DNA from: Eledone cirrhosa | Lineage: Eukaryota | Length of the DNA stretch: 64,000 bases | Direction of reading: 5' to 3' | Assembly (NCBI GenBank): GCA_964016885.1 | Contig: OZ024751.1 | Span: 49,972,001 to 50,036,000 of the forward strand | In this document: piece after piece, positions 19,493-31,107 of the stretch | Layout: each line of letters starts with the position of its first letter | How positions within the stretch are numbered: position 1 is the first letter of the stretch | The notes under the pieces: generated by a model | Databases searched by the model: none | Seen by the model: the letters and a program-made list of their open reading frames with translations, nothing else | What the model was told of the DNA's origin: nothing | Position numbers and translations under genes: made by a program

Positions 19493-21589
19493 ATGGCTAC
19501 GAAAAAGAAATTTCATACGTCACTCCCACTCATTCCGTCTTCTTCTTCCTCAATCATCACTACAGCAGAGAGAAGATTGTCTCTCTCCCTCCCTTCTTTA
19601 AATGTGTCTCTCTCCCTCCCTTCTCTTTCGCAAGCGACGAAAGAAAAGAAAAGTCTCGTGCAAAGCGTGCAAGGTTTCTCCACGACGACGACGACAGCGA
19701 CGAAACAGGTGTGCGGGAAATACGAAAACCCAGTTCATTCGTCTGACGTCAGGAATAATAGCAGTAGCAGCCGTAATAACAACAGCAACAGTGACAATGA
19801 AAACAACAGTAGCAGCCGCAACAGCATCACCAGCAGCATAAACAACAACAGCATTAGCAGCAGCAACACCAACAACAACCACAGCAACAGCGGCGGAGGC
19901 AGTAGTCGTAGTACCTGCAGCAACAACAAAAGTACCAGCAGCTCTGACGACAACAACAACAGCAGAGAAAAACCAATCTCATTTGCAGGTATTGCGAAAA
20001 ACTTGGAAACAATCCTCATAACAAATGAGGAATTAGAGGAAGCGAAGAAGATGGTGACAAAGAACGGACACCGAGCAATCTGCAAGGCAGCGAAAAATTT
20101 TTTCGAAACCCAAGAGCACTGTACGGTCACGTACCGTACAGTAAGTACAAAATCCCGTAGGGTGGAAAGAGCCACAGAGGCCCAAATACAAAAAGCCTTG
20201 GGGTCTGTGTGGCAGAGGAAAACGCACATCACCCGAGGCAAAAAATACGCCACCGTAGACGTACTTTTTGCCACACCCCAGGAGGCAAAGGCCCAATCAG
20301 TAGTGACCCTAAGGAGCGAGGAAATGGTGTTGGTGCCCTCCTACTGCGGGCAAAAAATTGTGAGGGTCAAACTGACCCACGTCCCCCCCGAAATGACCCC
20401 TTCTTGGCTGGCCGCGTCTGTCCTCGTCGGAATCGAGGACAAAACAACTGTACTGCAAGTACAGAAAAAAGTAAGAGAAGATTGGGTCGGCTCCTCCATT
20501 GAGATGCTAATCCAAACCAACCAGGAGTGCATCGAAGCTATCCCGGATGTGATAGACTTCGATAACGGCACTCAACTGCCCATAAGTGTTGAGGGCAAAC
20601 GCCCGAAATGCTTTCGCTGTGGATCGAAGACTCACCTCAGGGCCTTCTGCAACGAGAAGACCCTGAGAAAGGAGAAAACCCCCCTCCTCCCGAATCCGGT
20701 TCCACGGCTACCAGCAACAGGACAAGCGGCAACCAGGAACGATAGGTCCGTGGCACCCATACCCACTCCACGGAAATCAAAGACAGCAGCAGCAGTGGAA
20801 ATATTAACAACAACAACAGCAATACCAAATGCAGCTGCAACAGAGACTCCAGTGCAAACATCACCAACAACAACAAGTGAAAGAGTGGAGCTGGTACCCC
20901 TCCCCGACCTTACAGAATCAGACATGGAGTGTGAGGTGGGAGAGGGATGGCAAAAGGTCTCAAGAAGGCACAAACGCAGAAGCAGCGCATCGTCGCCTTT
21001 GAAAAGGGAGGAAAGAAATGAGAAAAGGGTAAAGTCTACTGCAAAGAGACCCACAGCAGCAACACCACCAACACCATCACCACCCACACCAGCACCACCA
21101 TCACCACCGGCGACAACCCCACCGCCAACAACACCTTCAACACCACCACCACAAGCACCAACATCGCAAACACAACAACAAAACACACACACCCAGCAAC
21201 AACGACAAGAAAATAGCAGAACCACACCCCACCCCCAGAAAAACAAATGCACGGCAATAAACACACACAACAAGAAACTAATGACTTACATAATTGAACA
21301 CACAGACATTTCACAACAGGACTACATAATACCAGCACCAATCAAAACGCCAACTAACATAAGACTGCTAAAAATAGCACAGAAACAATACACAAACATT
21401 AAAACGAAATTCCCCAACGCAGTTGGTGATTTCAGGGACCTAGGAGGAACCATTAATCGAAGAGTATATTCAGACATTCTCTTAGAAGAGCCGACGACCA
21501 GCCGAAGGGACGATTCAACGGTCCCTTCACCAGACGATCAAGTGAAAAGGGATGTAAAAACCATCCCTCCTCTACCAAAAATACGGTAA
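19493..21589 (+). CDS. ORF1p (698 aa)
   Basis: As copy 1. Confidence 0.9.
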   Translation: MATKKKFHTSLPLIPSSSSSIITTAERRLSLSLPSLNVSLSLPSLSQATKEKKSLVQSVQGFSTTTTTATKQVCGKYENPVHSSDVRNNSSSSRNNNSNSDNENNSSSRNSITSSINNNSISSSNTNNNHSNSGGGSSRSTCSNNKSTSSSDDNNNSREKPISFAGIAKNLETILITNEELEEAKKMVTKNGHRAICKAAKNFFETQEHCTVTYRTVSTKSRRVERATEAQIQKALGSVWQRKTHITRGKKYATVDVLFATPQEAKAQSVVTLRSEEMVLVPSYCGQKIVRVKLTHVPPEMTPSWLAASVLVGIEDKTTVLQVQKKVREDWVGSSIEMLIQTNQECIEAIPDVIDFDNGTQLPISVEGKRPKCFRCGSKTHLRAFCNEKTLRKEKTPLLPNPVPRLPATGQAATRNDRSVAPIPTPRKSKTAAAVEILTTTTAIPNAAATETPVQTSPTTTSERVELVPLPDLTESDMECEVGEGWQKVSRRHKRRSSASSPLKREERNEKRVKSTAKRPTAATPPTPSPPTPAPPSPPATTPPPTTPSTPPPQAPTSQTQQQNTHTQQQRQENSRTTPHPQKNKCTAINTHNKKLMTYIIEHTDISQQDYIIPAPIKTPTNIRLLKIAQKQYTNIKTKFPNAVGDFRDLGGTINRRVYSDILLEEPTTSRRDDSTVPSPDDQVKRDVKTIPPLPKIR

Positions 21590-21624
21590 GTGGTCTTTCC
21601 CATCTTTTCCACTCTATTTTAAAC

Positions 21625-24600
21625 ATGACCTCACTCAGAATAGGCAGCATAAATGCGCGTGGCTTGGGGTCGTCATGGAAGCAGGGTCACCTGCTCAACG
21701 ACCTCAGGTCACTAAACATAGATGTAGTGGCCATCAGCGAGACCAGAATCTCCGAAGCACGGGCCTTCGCACCGATCTTCGGCGGCTACGATGTGTACGC
21801 ATCTCCCAGCCGTCCTGGATCGGGTGGAGGAGTTGCTGTGCTTTTTCGGAGAGGTTTGGATCTCGCCATACGGGCCATCTTCCTGGACCCAGAGGGTAAG
21901 CTGGTGGTGCTGGACGTGACCAGCGGAGACGGGCAAGCTTTCAGGCTAGTGGCCGTCTATGCCCCGACAGGAGCAGGGCGGCCTGATTTCTTCCGGCGTC
22001 TGGAGACCTTTCTTGGAACGTCGCGCTCTTTAGTGTTAGTGGGCGACTGGAACGGGATCTTAGATGCACGCTGGGACTGTGTGGGATTAGCGGATAGGGG
22101 TGGAGGGTGCAAGAGCCTCACCAACCTGCTCAGGCGTTTTGAACTGTCTGACAGGTACCGATTGGATTTCCCGAATGTGCCAATGTGGACTTGGACAAAC
22201 CGCATAGGGTCATCCAGATCATATCTAGATAGAGTATTTTGTAGGGAAATAGATAGGTCTAGCATAGGCTGTCCACAATTCAAGATAGTCAGCTACACGG
22301 ACCACAAATTCGTGATCTGTGTGCTTGACTTAGATAGGCTTCATAGACGAGGACCCGGCTACTGGAAGCTAAACGCGTCCTTACCAGCGCGCAAGGCCTA
22401 CAGAGACCGGATTAGCGAACTAGTTAAGCGGGCGTTGACGGGGGCCATCGTCAACAACAAGTGGTGGTTTGCTCTGAAAAGAGCGATTAGAATAGAATCG
22501 ATTAGGTTTAGTAAGGCTTTAGCAATAGAGAAAAATAGAGCAGAGGGAGAACTAGTTAGAAAATTAGACGAGGCGCTTAGCAAAGGCATTGCGACCGACG
22601 TGCTTGCGGCGAAATTGGCCCTTGACCAATTCTTCAATGCAAAGCACGAAGGCTGCGTTGTCAGAGCTAGGGTGCGTGCTCTCAGACACGAGGGGACGAA
22701 AGCCGTTCAATGGGCCCGAGTGGCGGAGGCGCGTCGTGGCAACAAAGCCACGATCCGGTCTTTGGTGGACCACGACGGGCGCATGCTACTCGATCCCGGG
22801 CAAATGTGTGAAGCTTTTCAGCGACACTTCGCTCAGCTGGTCGGGGGCAGCGGGGGGCCGGGTAGAGGGATGGACTTTAGTGTCTACCTCGACGGACTGC
22901 CGCGGCTCTCGGCCACTGAGGCGAAGTGTTGCGAAAAGCCGATAACAGCCGCTGAAGTAAGGGAGGCAATGACTGGCTGCACAAGGGGTAAATCGCCTGG
23001 TTTGGATGGTCTGCCCTATGAACTTTACGTACAGATGCCAGACTTGTTCGGAGGCCTCTTGGCGGACGTCTACTGCAACTGGCAACAGAACGGGAGAATT
23101 CCCAGTTCTGTGAGCCGAGGAGCGGTGGCACTGCTGAGAAAGGATCCGAACAAGGGGGATAACATAGACAATTTCCGGCCCATAACTCTGCTAAACACAG
23201 AGTTTAAGATTTTGGCCAAGGTGCTAGCAAAGAGGTTGGCGCTTGTCGTTGGTGGTCTGGTGGGAGAGGCGCAGACATGCGCCATTCCCGACAGATCCAT
23301 CCACGACAACCTCCACCTCATGCGATACATCGTAGAGAGGGTAGCTAGGGAACCTGGCACGGGTGGGTCCTTGATCAATTTAGATCAGTCGAAAGCTTTC
23401 GATAGGGTCGACCATCGTTACCTAGCGGCAGTCCTGAGGGCGGCTGGCTTTGGGCCCGTCTTCAGAGGCTGGATCGCTGCCATGCACAGCGACATCTGCT
23501 CTGTGGTGAGAGTGAACGGTCACCTGTCGGAACCGTTCAACATCATGCGCTCGGTCCGCCAAGGATGTCCCCTCTCGTCCCTCTTGTACGTATTGACTCT
23601 CGAGCCATTACTGCACAAACTGGAGACGTTGAGGGGAGTCCCGCGCGAACTAGGATGCGGAAGATCCGTGTCAGCATATGCGGACGATGTCACCGTAGTG
23701 GTGTCGAACGCCAAACACATCGAGGCGATCGGCACTACACTAAGAGAATACGAAGCGGTGACAGGAGCAATGATCAACCAGGAAAAGTCAGTGGGCCTGC
23801 AGCTCGGCACCTGGAGAGGCAGGTCCATGCCGTCCAACAGCGTCGTCGGGCGCTGGACGGACGGACCGGTTAAATTGCTAGGGGTCTGGTTCGGTCCGGA
23901 CCTCCAGACGGACAAAAACTGGGACGAGGTGACGAGCAGGGTGGCTTCTCTCACCCAGAAATGGGCGGAGAGGAAGCTATCCCTGAAAGGTCGAGCGGAG
24001 GTGGCTAACGCGTACATCGCGTCTGTCATCTGCTACCGCCTAACCGTCGTACCTTGTCCTAAGCCTCGCCTGACTGCGCTGGAGCGTTTGCTCTTTCGCT
24101 TTTTGTGGAAGGGACGTGCTCCGATGGTCAGGCGGTCCATCTGTTGTCAACACCCGCTACGTGGAGGGCTGGGCATGCCGTGGCTGATGATGCGCAGGCA
24201 CGCGCTCAGGCTACGACATCTCCACCTCTTCCTCGACGGTGATCAGGTGTGGTCGCCGTTTGCTAGACGCGTTTTTCCCCAGCTCGTTTCCTTGACGGAG
24301 CTGCAGTCCTGGGTCAAGCGAAGACCGAGAGGGAGCGCCTGGAGACTGGAATGTCTTCAGGCGCTCACAGCCCTCGACCAATCGGGCAATGTGATCGGTG
24401 GAAACTCCACCTCGGCGTTCTATAGAGGATTAGTGGAGGGGAAGAGCGACGACGTACTTGGGGAAACTCTAGGCGTCGACGAAAATCAACTAGCCAATCT
24501 CTTCGGAAGAACTTTCGGGCCGGGGCCTATGGACAACTTCCAGAAATCTCTGGCCTGGCAGTGCTACCGAGGAGCCTTGCCAGTTCGGGATAAACTCTAC

Positions 24601-25044
24601 AGGCATGGAGGTGCCGTCAGCCGGGCATGTCCGAGATGCGCGCAGGGCGACGAAACCGTCCTGCACGCACTCGTCCAGTGTCCGAAAATTGCTGACTTGT
24701 GGGTTTATGTCGAACACCTGCTGTCGCGTTTAGGACGGATCCGGCTATCATCTGAGTCCATCGTGAGGATTGCCCCGCCCTCCTCCTTTAGCCGGGAAGG
24801 GCAGGCAGTTTTTATCTGCCTGGTGGCCATGGCGAAAGAGATAGTATGGTGGACACGTTTGAAAGGGCTGAAGACGAGCACTTACCTCTTCGGTGATGCT
24901 CTGATTGACTTTTTCAAATTTCATTTGAAAAGGAAAATCAGAGTAGAGAGGGAAGTGCTCTCTTCCCAGCATTTTGTTGAAAGATGGGTGAGAGAAGCAA
25001 GAATGGCCCGAGTGAATGGGCCTACTCTGAGCATATATCTGTAA
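21625..25044 (+). CDS. ORF2p APE-RT (1139 aa)
   Basis: Motifs intact. Private QLVGG and GRIRLS substitutions. Confidence 0.97.
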   Translation: MTSLRIGSINARGLGSSWKQGHLLNDLRSLNIDVVAISETRISEARAFAPIFGGYDVYASPSRPGSGGGVAVLFRRGLDLAIRAIFLDPEGKLVVLDVTSGDGQAFRLVAVYAPTGAGRPDFFRRLETFLGTSRSLVLVGDWNGILDARWDCVGLADRGGGCKSLTNLLRRFELSDRYRLDFPNVPMWTWTNRIGSSRSYLDRVFCREIDRSSIGCPQFKIVSYTDHKFVICVLDLDRLHRRGPGYWKLNASLPARKAYRDRISELVKRALTGAIVNNKWWFALKRAIRIESIRFSKALAIEKNRAEGELVRKLDEALSKGIATDVLAAKLALDQFFNAKHEGCVVRARVRALRHEGTKAVQWARVAEARRGNKATIRSLVDHDGRMLLDPGQMCEAFQRHFAQLVGGSGGPGRGMDFSVYLDGLPRLSATEAKCCEKPITAAEVREAMTGCTRGKSPGLDGLPYELYVQMPDLFGGLLADVYCNWQQNGRIPSSVSRGAVALLRKDPNKGDNIDNFRPITLLNTEFKILAKVLAKRLALVVGGLVGEAQTCAIPDRSIHDNLHLMRYIVERVAREPGTGGSLINLDQSKAFDRVDHRYLAAVLRAAGFGPVFRGWIAAMHSDICSVVRVNGHLSEPFNIMRSVRQGCPLSSLLYVLTLEPLLHKLETLRGVPRELGCGRSVSAYADDVTVVVSNAKHIEAIGTTLREYEAVTGAMINQEKSVGLQLGTWRGRSMPSNSVVGRWTDGPVKLLGVWFGPDLQTDKNWDEVTSRVASLTQKWAERKLSLKGRAEVANAYIASVICYRLTVVPCPKPRLTALERLLFRFLWKGRAPMVRRSICCQHPLRGGLGMPWLMMRRHALRLRHLHLFLDGDQVWSPFARRVFPQLVSLTELQSWVKRRPRGSAWRLECLQALTALDQSGNVIGGNSTSAFYRGLVEGKSDDVLGETLGVDENQLANLFGRTFGPGPMDNFQKSLAWQCYRGALPVRDKLYRHGGAVSRACPRCAQGDETVLHALVQCPKIADLWVYVEHLLSRLGRIRLSSESIVRIAPPSSFSREGQAVFICLVAMAKEIVWWTRLKGLKTSTYLFGDALIDFFKFHLKRKIRVEREVLSSQHFVERWVREARMARVNGPTLSIYL

Positions 25045-25561
25045 ATTAAAGGTGGAAAACTGGGAGAGGGCACTTGCCTTGGTGGTCAGGGTCATTGTGG
25101 CTTTTTACTGGGCTTTCTCCACAAATGTCCCTCCGAAGTCTCCCCCCTATTGGGGAATTTTTCATTGTTATTTTCATTGTTATTTTTGTTACATCCTCTG
25201 TTTTTGTTTTTTACACGCAGAAATGCCCATTTGTACCGTCCTGCATTGTCCTGCACTGTCCTTAATGTCTACTTTATGTAAACCCTTGTGGTTAATAAAG
25301 AAATCATTATTATCATTATTATCATTATCATTATTATTATTATTATTGAATGCCATGGTTGACGGAGGCTCGGCTCTGTAAGGTATAGTAATTTTTAACC
25401 GTTAAAACAATTGTAAATTGTTTAAAACTTGAACCAAATTGTTGATAAAGACACCCTCCTCCTCGTGAGAGGGGTCTTTCTGTCCGTTATTTGGCCCTTC
25501 GGGGTTAAATAACCAGTTATTGGGGTTTTGTACCCAATATTCATTTTAAACAAAAAACAAC

Positions 25562-27652
25562 ATGGCTACGAAAAAGAAATTTCATACGTCACTCCCACTC
25601 ATTCCGTCTTCTTCTTCCTCAATCATCACTACAGCAGAGAGAAGATTGTCTCTCTCCCTCCCTTCTTTAAATGTGTCTCTCTCCCTCCCTTCTCTTTCGC
25701 AAGCGACGAAAGAAAAGAAAAGTCTCGTGCAAAGCGTGCAAGGTTTCTCCACGACGACGACGACAGCGACGAAACAGGTGTGCGGGAAATACGAAAACCC
25801 AGTTCATTCGTCTGACGTCAGGAATAATAGCAGTAGCAGCCGTAATAACAACAGCAACAGTGACAATGAAAACAACAGTAGCAGCCGCAACAGCATCACC
25901 AGCAGCATAAACAACAACAGCATTAGCAGCAGCAACACCAACAACAACCACAGCAACAGCGGCGGAGGCAGTAGTCGTAGTACCTGCAGCAACAACAAAA
26001 GTACCAGCAGCTCTGACGACAACAACAACAGCAGAGAAAAACCAATCTCATTTGCAGGTATTGCGAAAAACTTGGAAACAATCCTCATAACAAATGAGGA
26101 ATTAGAGGAAGCGAAGAAGATGGTGACAAAGAACGGACACCGAGCAATCTGCAAGGCAGCGAAAAATTTTTTCGAAACCCAAGAGCACTGTACGGTCACG
26201 TACCGTACAGTAAGTACAAAATCCCGTAGGGTGGAAAGAGCCACAGAGGCCCAAATACAAAAAGCCTTGGGGTCTGTGTGGCAGAGGAAAACGCACATCA
26301 CCCGAGGCAAAAAATACGCCACCGTAGACGTACTTTTTGCCACACCCCAGGAGGCAAAGGCCCAATCAGTAGTGACCCTAAGGAGCGAGGAAATGGTGTT
26401 GGTGCCCTCCTACTGCGGGCAAAAAATTGTGAGGGTCAAACTGACCCACGTCCCCCCCGAAATGACCCCTTCTTGGCTGGCCGCGTCTGTCCTCGTCGGA
26501 ATCGAGGACAAAACAACTGTACTGCAAGTACAGAAAAAAGTAAGAGAAGATTGGGTCGGCTCCTCCATTGAGATGCTAATCCAAACCAACCAGGAGTGCA
26601 TCGAAGCTATCCCGGATGTGATAGACTTCGATAACGGCACTCAACTGCCCATAAGTGTTGAGGGCAAACGCCCGAAATGCTTTCGCTGTGGATCGAAGAC
26701 TCACCTCAGGGCCTTCTGCAACGAGAAGACCCTGAGAAAGGAGAAAACCCCCCTCCTCCCGAATCCGGTTCCACGGCTACCAGCAACAGGACAAGCGGCA
26801 ACCAGGAACGATAGGTCCGTGGCACCCATACCCACTCCACGGAAATCAAAGACAGCAGCAGCAGTGGAAATATTAACAACAACAACAGCAATACCAAATG
26901 CAGCTGCAACAGAGACTCCAGTGCAAACATCACCAACAACAACAAGTGAAAGAGTGGAGCTGGTACCCCTCCCCGACCTTACAGAATCAGACATGGAGTG
27001 TGAGGTGGGAGAGGGATGGCAAAAGGTCTCAAGAAGGCACAAACGCAGAAGCAGCGCATCGTCGCCTTTGAAAAGGGAGGAAAGAAATGAGAAAAGGGTA
27101 AAGTCTACTGCAAAGAGACCCACAGCAGCAACACCACCAACACCATCACCACCCACACCAGCACCACCATCACCACCGGCGACAACCCCACCGCCAACAA
27201 CACCTTCAACACCACAAGCACCAACATCGCAAACACAACAACAAAACACACACACCCAGCAACAACGACAAGAAAATAGCAGAACCACACCCCACCCCCA
27301 GAAAAACAAATGCACGGCAATAAACACACACAACAAGAAACTAATGACTTACATAATTGAACACACAGACATTTCACAACAGGACTACATAATACCAGCA
27401 CCAATCAAAACGCCAACTAACATAAGACTGCTAAAAATAGCACAGAAACAATACACAAACATTAAAACGAAATTCCCCAACGCAGTTGGTGATTTCAGGG
27501 ACCTAGGAGGAACCATTAATCGAAGAGTATATTCAGACATTCTCTTAGAAGAGCCGACGACCAGCCGAAGGGACGATTCAACGGTCCCTTCACCAGACGA
27601 TCAAGTGAAAAGGGATGTAAAAACCATCCCTCCTCTACCAAAAATACGGTAA
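25562..27652 (+). CDS. ORF1p (696 aa)
   Basis: As copy 2. Confidence 0.9.
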   Translation: MATKKKFHTSLPLIPSSSSSIITTAERRLSLSLPSLNVSLSLPSLSQATKEKKSLVQSVQGFSTTTTTATKQVCGKYENPVHSSDVRNNSSSSRNNNSNSDNENNSSSRNSITSSINNNSISSSNTNNNHSNSGGGSSRSTCSNNKSTSSSDDNNNSREKPISFAGIAKNLETILITNEELEEAKKMVTKNGHRAICKAAKNFFETQEHCTVTYRTVSTKSRRVERATEAQIQKALGSVWQRKTHITRGKKYATVDVLFATPQEAKAQSVVTLRSEEMVLVPSYCGQKIVRVKLTHVPPEMTPSWLAASVLVGIEDKTTVLQVQKKVREDWVGSSIEMLIQTNQECIEAIPDVIDFDNGTQLPISVEGKRPKCFRCGSKTHLRAFCNEKTLRKEKTPLLPNPVPRLPATGQAATRNDRSVAPIPTPRKSKTAAAVEILTTTTAIPNAAATETPVQTSPTTTSERVELVPLPDLTESDMECEVGEGWQKVSRRHKRRSSASSPLKREERNEKRVKSTAKRPTAATPPTPSPPTPAPPSPPATTPPPTTPSTPQAPTSQTQQQNTHTQQQRQENSRTTPHPQKNKCTAINTHNKKLMTYIIEHTDISQQDYIIPAPIKTPTNIRLLKIAQKQYTNIKTKFPNAVGDFRDLGGTINRRVYSDILLEEPTTSRRDDSTVPSPDDQVKRDVKTIPPLPKIR

Positions 27653-27687
27653 GTGGTCTTTCCCATCTTTTCCACTCTATTTTAAAC

Positions 27688-30600
27688 ATGACCTCACTCA
27701 GAATAGGCAGCATAAATGCGCGTGGCTTGGGGTCGTCATGGAAGCAGGGTCACCTGCTCAACGACCTCAGGTCACTAAACATAGATGTAGTGGCCATCAG
27801 CGAGACCAGAATCTCCGAAGCACGGGCCTTCGCACCGATCTTCGGCGGCTACGATGTGTACGCATCTCCCAGCCGTCCTGGATCCGGTGGAGGAGTTGCT
27901 GTACTTTTTCGGAGAGGTTTGGATCTCGCCATACGGGCCATCTTCCTGGACCCAGAGGGTAAGCTGGTGGTGCTGGACGTGACCAGCGGAGACGGGCAAT
28001 CTTTCAGGCTAGTGGCCGTCTATGCCCCGACAGGAGCAGGGCGGCCTGATTTCTTCCGGCGTCTGGAGACCTTTCTTGGAACGTCCCGCTCTTTAGTGTT
28101 AGTGGGCGACTGGAACGGGATCTTAGATGCACGCTGGGACTGTGTGGGATTAGCGGATAGGGGTGGAGGGTGCAAGAGCCTCACCAACCTGCTCAGGCGT
28201 TTTGAACTGTCTGACAGGTACCGATTGGATTTCCCGAATGTGCCAATGTGGACTTGGACAAACCGCATAGGGTCATCCAGATCATATCTAGATAGAGTAT
28301 TTTGTAGGGAAATAGATAGGTCTAGCATAGGCTGTCCACAATTCAAGATAGTCAGCTACACGGACCACAAATTCGTGACCTGTGTGCTTGACTTAGATAG
28401 GCTTCATAGACGAGGACCCGGCTACTGGAAGCTAAACGCGTCCTTACCAGCGCGCAAGGCCTACAGAGACCGGATTAGCGAACTAGTTAAGCGGGCGTTG
28501 ACGGGGGCCATCGTCAACAACAAGTGGTGGTTTGCTCTGAAAAGAGCGATTAGAATAGAATCGATTAGGTTTAGTAAGGCTTTAGCAATAGAGAAAAATA
28601 GAGCAGAGGGAGAACTAGTTAGAAAATTAGACGAGGCGCTTAGCAAAGGCATTGCGACCGACGTGCTTGCGGCGAAATTGGCCCTTGACCAATTCTTCAA
28701 TGCAAAGCACGAAGGCTGCGTTGTCAGAGCTAGGGTGCGTGCTCTCAGACACGAGGGGACGAAAGCCGTTCAATGGGCCCGAGTGGCGGAGGCGCGTCGT
28801 GGCAACAAAGCCACGATCCGGTCTTTGGTGGACCACGACGGGCGCATGCTACTCGATCCCGGGCAAATGTGTGAAGCTTTTCAGCGACACTTCGCTCAGC
28901 TGTTCGGGGGCAGCGGGGGGCCGGGTAGAGGGATGGACTTTAGTGTCTACCTCGACGGGCTGCCGCGGCTCTCGGCCACTGAGGCGAGGTGTTGCGAAAA
29001 GCCGATAACAGCCGCTGAAGTACGGGAGGCAATGACTGGCTGCACAAGGGGTAAATCGCCTGGTTTGGATGGTCTGCCCTATGAACTTTACGTACAGATG
29101 CCAGACTTGTTCGGAGGCCTCTTGGCGGACGTCTACTGCAACTGGCAACAGAACGGGAGAATTCCCAGTTCTGTGAGCCGAGGAGCGGTGGCACTGCTGA
29201 GAAAGGATCCGAACAAGGGGGATAACATAGACAATTTCCGGCCCATAACTCTGCTAAACACAGAGTTTAAGATTTTGGCCAAGGTGCTAGCAAAGAGGTT
29301 GGCGCTTGTCGTTGGTGGTCTGGTGGGAGAGGCGCAGACATGCGCCATTCCCGACAGATCCATCCACGACAACCTCCACCTCATGCGATACATCGTAGAG
29401 AGGGTAGCTAGGGAACCTGGCACGGGTGGGTCCTTGATCAATTTAGATCAGTCGAAAGCTTTCGATAGGGTCGACCATCGTTACCTAGCGGCAGTCCTGA
29501 GGGCGGCTGGCTTTGGGCCCGTCTTCAGAGGCTGGATCGCTGCCATGCACAGCGACATCTGCTCTGTGGTGAGAGTGAACGGTCACCTGTCGGAACCGTT
29601 CAACATCATGCGCTCGGTCCGCCAAGGATGTCCCCTCTCGTCCCTCTTGTACGTATTGACTCTCGAGCCATTACTGCACAAACTGGAGACGTTGAGGGGA
29701 GTCCCGCGCGAACTAGGATGCGGAAGATCCGTGTCAGCATATGCGGACGATGTCACCGTAGTGGTGTCGAACGCCAAACACATCGAGGCGATCGGCACTA
29801 CACTAAGAGAATACGAAGCGGTGACAGGAGCAATGATCAACCAGGAAAAGTCAGTGGGCCTGCAGCTCGGCACCTGGAGAGGCAGGTCCATGCCGTCCAA
29901 CAGCGTCGTCGGGCGCTGGACGGACGGACCGGTTAAATTGCTAGGGGTCTGGTTCGGTCCGGACCTCCAGACGGACAAAAACTGGGACGAGGTGACGAGC
30001 AGGGTGGCTTCTCTCACCCAGAAATGGGCGGAGAGGAAGCTATCCCTGAAAGGTCGAGCGGAGGTGGCTAACGCGTACATCGCGTCTGTCATCTGCTACC
30101 GCCTAACCGTCGTACCTTGTCCTAAGCCTCGCCTGACTGCGCTGGAGCGTTTGCTCTTTCGCTTTTTGTGGAAGGGACGTGCTCCGATGGTCAGGCGGTC
30201 CATCTGTTGTCAACACCCGCTACGTGGAGGGCTGGGCATGCCGTGGCTGATGATGCGCAGGCACGCGCTCAGGCTACGACATCTCCACCTCTTCCTCGAC
30301 GGTGATCAGGTGTGGTCGCCGTTTGCTAGACGCGTTTTTCCCCAGCTCGTTTCCTTGACGGAGCTGCAGTCCTGGGTCAAGCGAAGACCGAGAGGGAGCG
30401 CCTGGAGACTGGAATGTCTTCAGGCGCTCACAGCCCTCGACCAATCGGGCAATGTGATCGGTGGAAACTCCACCTCGGCGTTCTATAGAGGATTAGTGGA
30501 GGGGAAGAGCGACGACGTACTTGGGGAAACTCTAGGCGTCGACGAAAATCAACTAGCCAATCTCTTCGGAAGAACCTTCGGGCCAGGGCCTATGGACAAC

Positions 30601-31107
30601 TTCCAGAAATCTCTGGCCTGGCAGTGCTACCGAGGAGCCTTGCCAGTTCGGGATAAACTCTACAGGCATGGAGGTGCCGTCAGCCGGGCATGTCCGAGAT
30701 GCGCGCAGGGCGACGAAACCGTCCTGCACGCACTCGTCCAGTGTCCGAAAATTGCTGACTTGTGGGTTTATGTCGAACACCTGCTGTCGCGTTTAGGACG
30801 GATCCAGCTATCATCTGAGTCTATCGTGAGGATTGCCCCGCCCTCCTCCTTTAGCCGGGAAGGGCAGGCAGTTTTTATCTGTCTGGTGGCCATGGCGAAA
30901 GAGATAGTATGGTGGACACGTTTGAAAGGGCTGAAGACGAGCACTTACCTCTTCGGTGATGCTCTGATTGACTTTTTCAAATTTCATTTGAAAAGGAAAA
31001 TCAGAGTAGAGAAGGAAGTGCTCTCTTCCCAGCATTTTGTTGAAAGATGGGTGAGAGAAGCAAGAATGGCCCGAGTGAATGGGCCGACTCTGAGTATATA
31101 TCTGTAA
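27688..31107 (+). CDS. ORF2p APE-RT (1139 aa)
   Basis: Motifs intact. Confidence 0.97.
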   Translation: MTSLRIGSINARGLGSSWKQGHLLNDLRSLNIDVVAISETRISEARAFAPIFGGYDVYASPSRPGSGGGVAVLFRRGLDLAIRAIFLDPEGKLVVLDVTSGDGQSFRLVAVYAPTGAGRPDFFRRLETFLGTSRSLVLVGDWNGILDARWDCVGLADRGGGCKSLTNLLRRFELSDRYRLDFPNVPMWTWTNRIGSSRSYLDRVFCREIDRSSIGCPQFKIVSYTDHKFVTCVLDLDRLHRRGPGYWKLNASLPARKAYRDRISELVKRALTGAIVNNKWWFALKRAIRIESIRFSKALAIEKNRAEGELVRKLDEALSKGIATDVLAAKLALDQFFNAKHEGCVVRARVRALRHEGTKAVQWARVAEARRGNKATIRSLVDHDGRMLLDPGQMCEAFQRHFAQLFGGSGGPGRGMDFSVYLDGLPRLSATEARCCEKPITAAEVREAMTGCTRGKSPGLDGLPYELYVQMPDLFGGLLADVYCNWQQNGRIPSSVSRGAVALLRKDPNKGDNIDNFRPITLLNTEFKILAKVLAKRLALVVGGLVGEAQTCAIPDRSIHDNLHLMRYIVERVAREPGTGGSLINLDQSKAFDRVDHRYLAAVLRAAGFGPVFRGWIAAMHSDICSVVRVNGHLSEPFNIMRSVRQGCPLSSLLYVLTLEPLLHKLETLRGVPRELGCGRSVSAYADDVTVVVSNAKHIEAIGTTLREYEAVTGAMINQEKSVGLQLGTWRGRSMPSNSVVGRWTDGPVKLLGVWFGPDLQTDKNWDEVTSRVASLTQKWAERKLSLKGRAEVANAYIASVICYRLTVVPCPKPRLTALERLLFRFLWKGRAPMVRRSICCQHPLRGGLGMPWLMMRRHALRLRHLHLFLDGDQVWSPFARRVFPQLVSLTELQSWVKRRPRGSAWRLECLQALTALDQSGNVIGGNSTSAFYRGLVEGKSDDVLGETLGVDENQLANLFGRTFGPGPMDNFQKSLAWQCYRGALPVRDKLYRHGGAVSRACPRCAQGDETVLHALVQCPKIADLWVYVEHLLSRLGRIQLSSESIVRIAPPSSFSREGQAVFICLVAMAKEIVWWTRLKGLKTSTYLFGDALIDFFKFHLKRKIRVEKEVLSSQHFVERWVREARMARVNGPTLSIYL

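Larger units (their letters stand above)
19279..25303 (+). mobile_element. Tx1-like element, copy 4 (intact)
   Basis: Same architecture, with a cluster of private variants near the ORF2 3' end. Confidence 0.93.
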
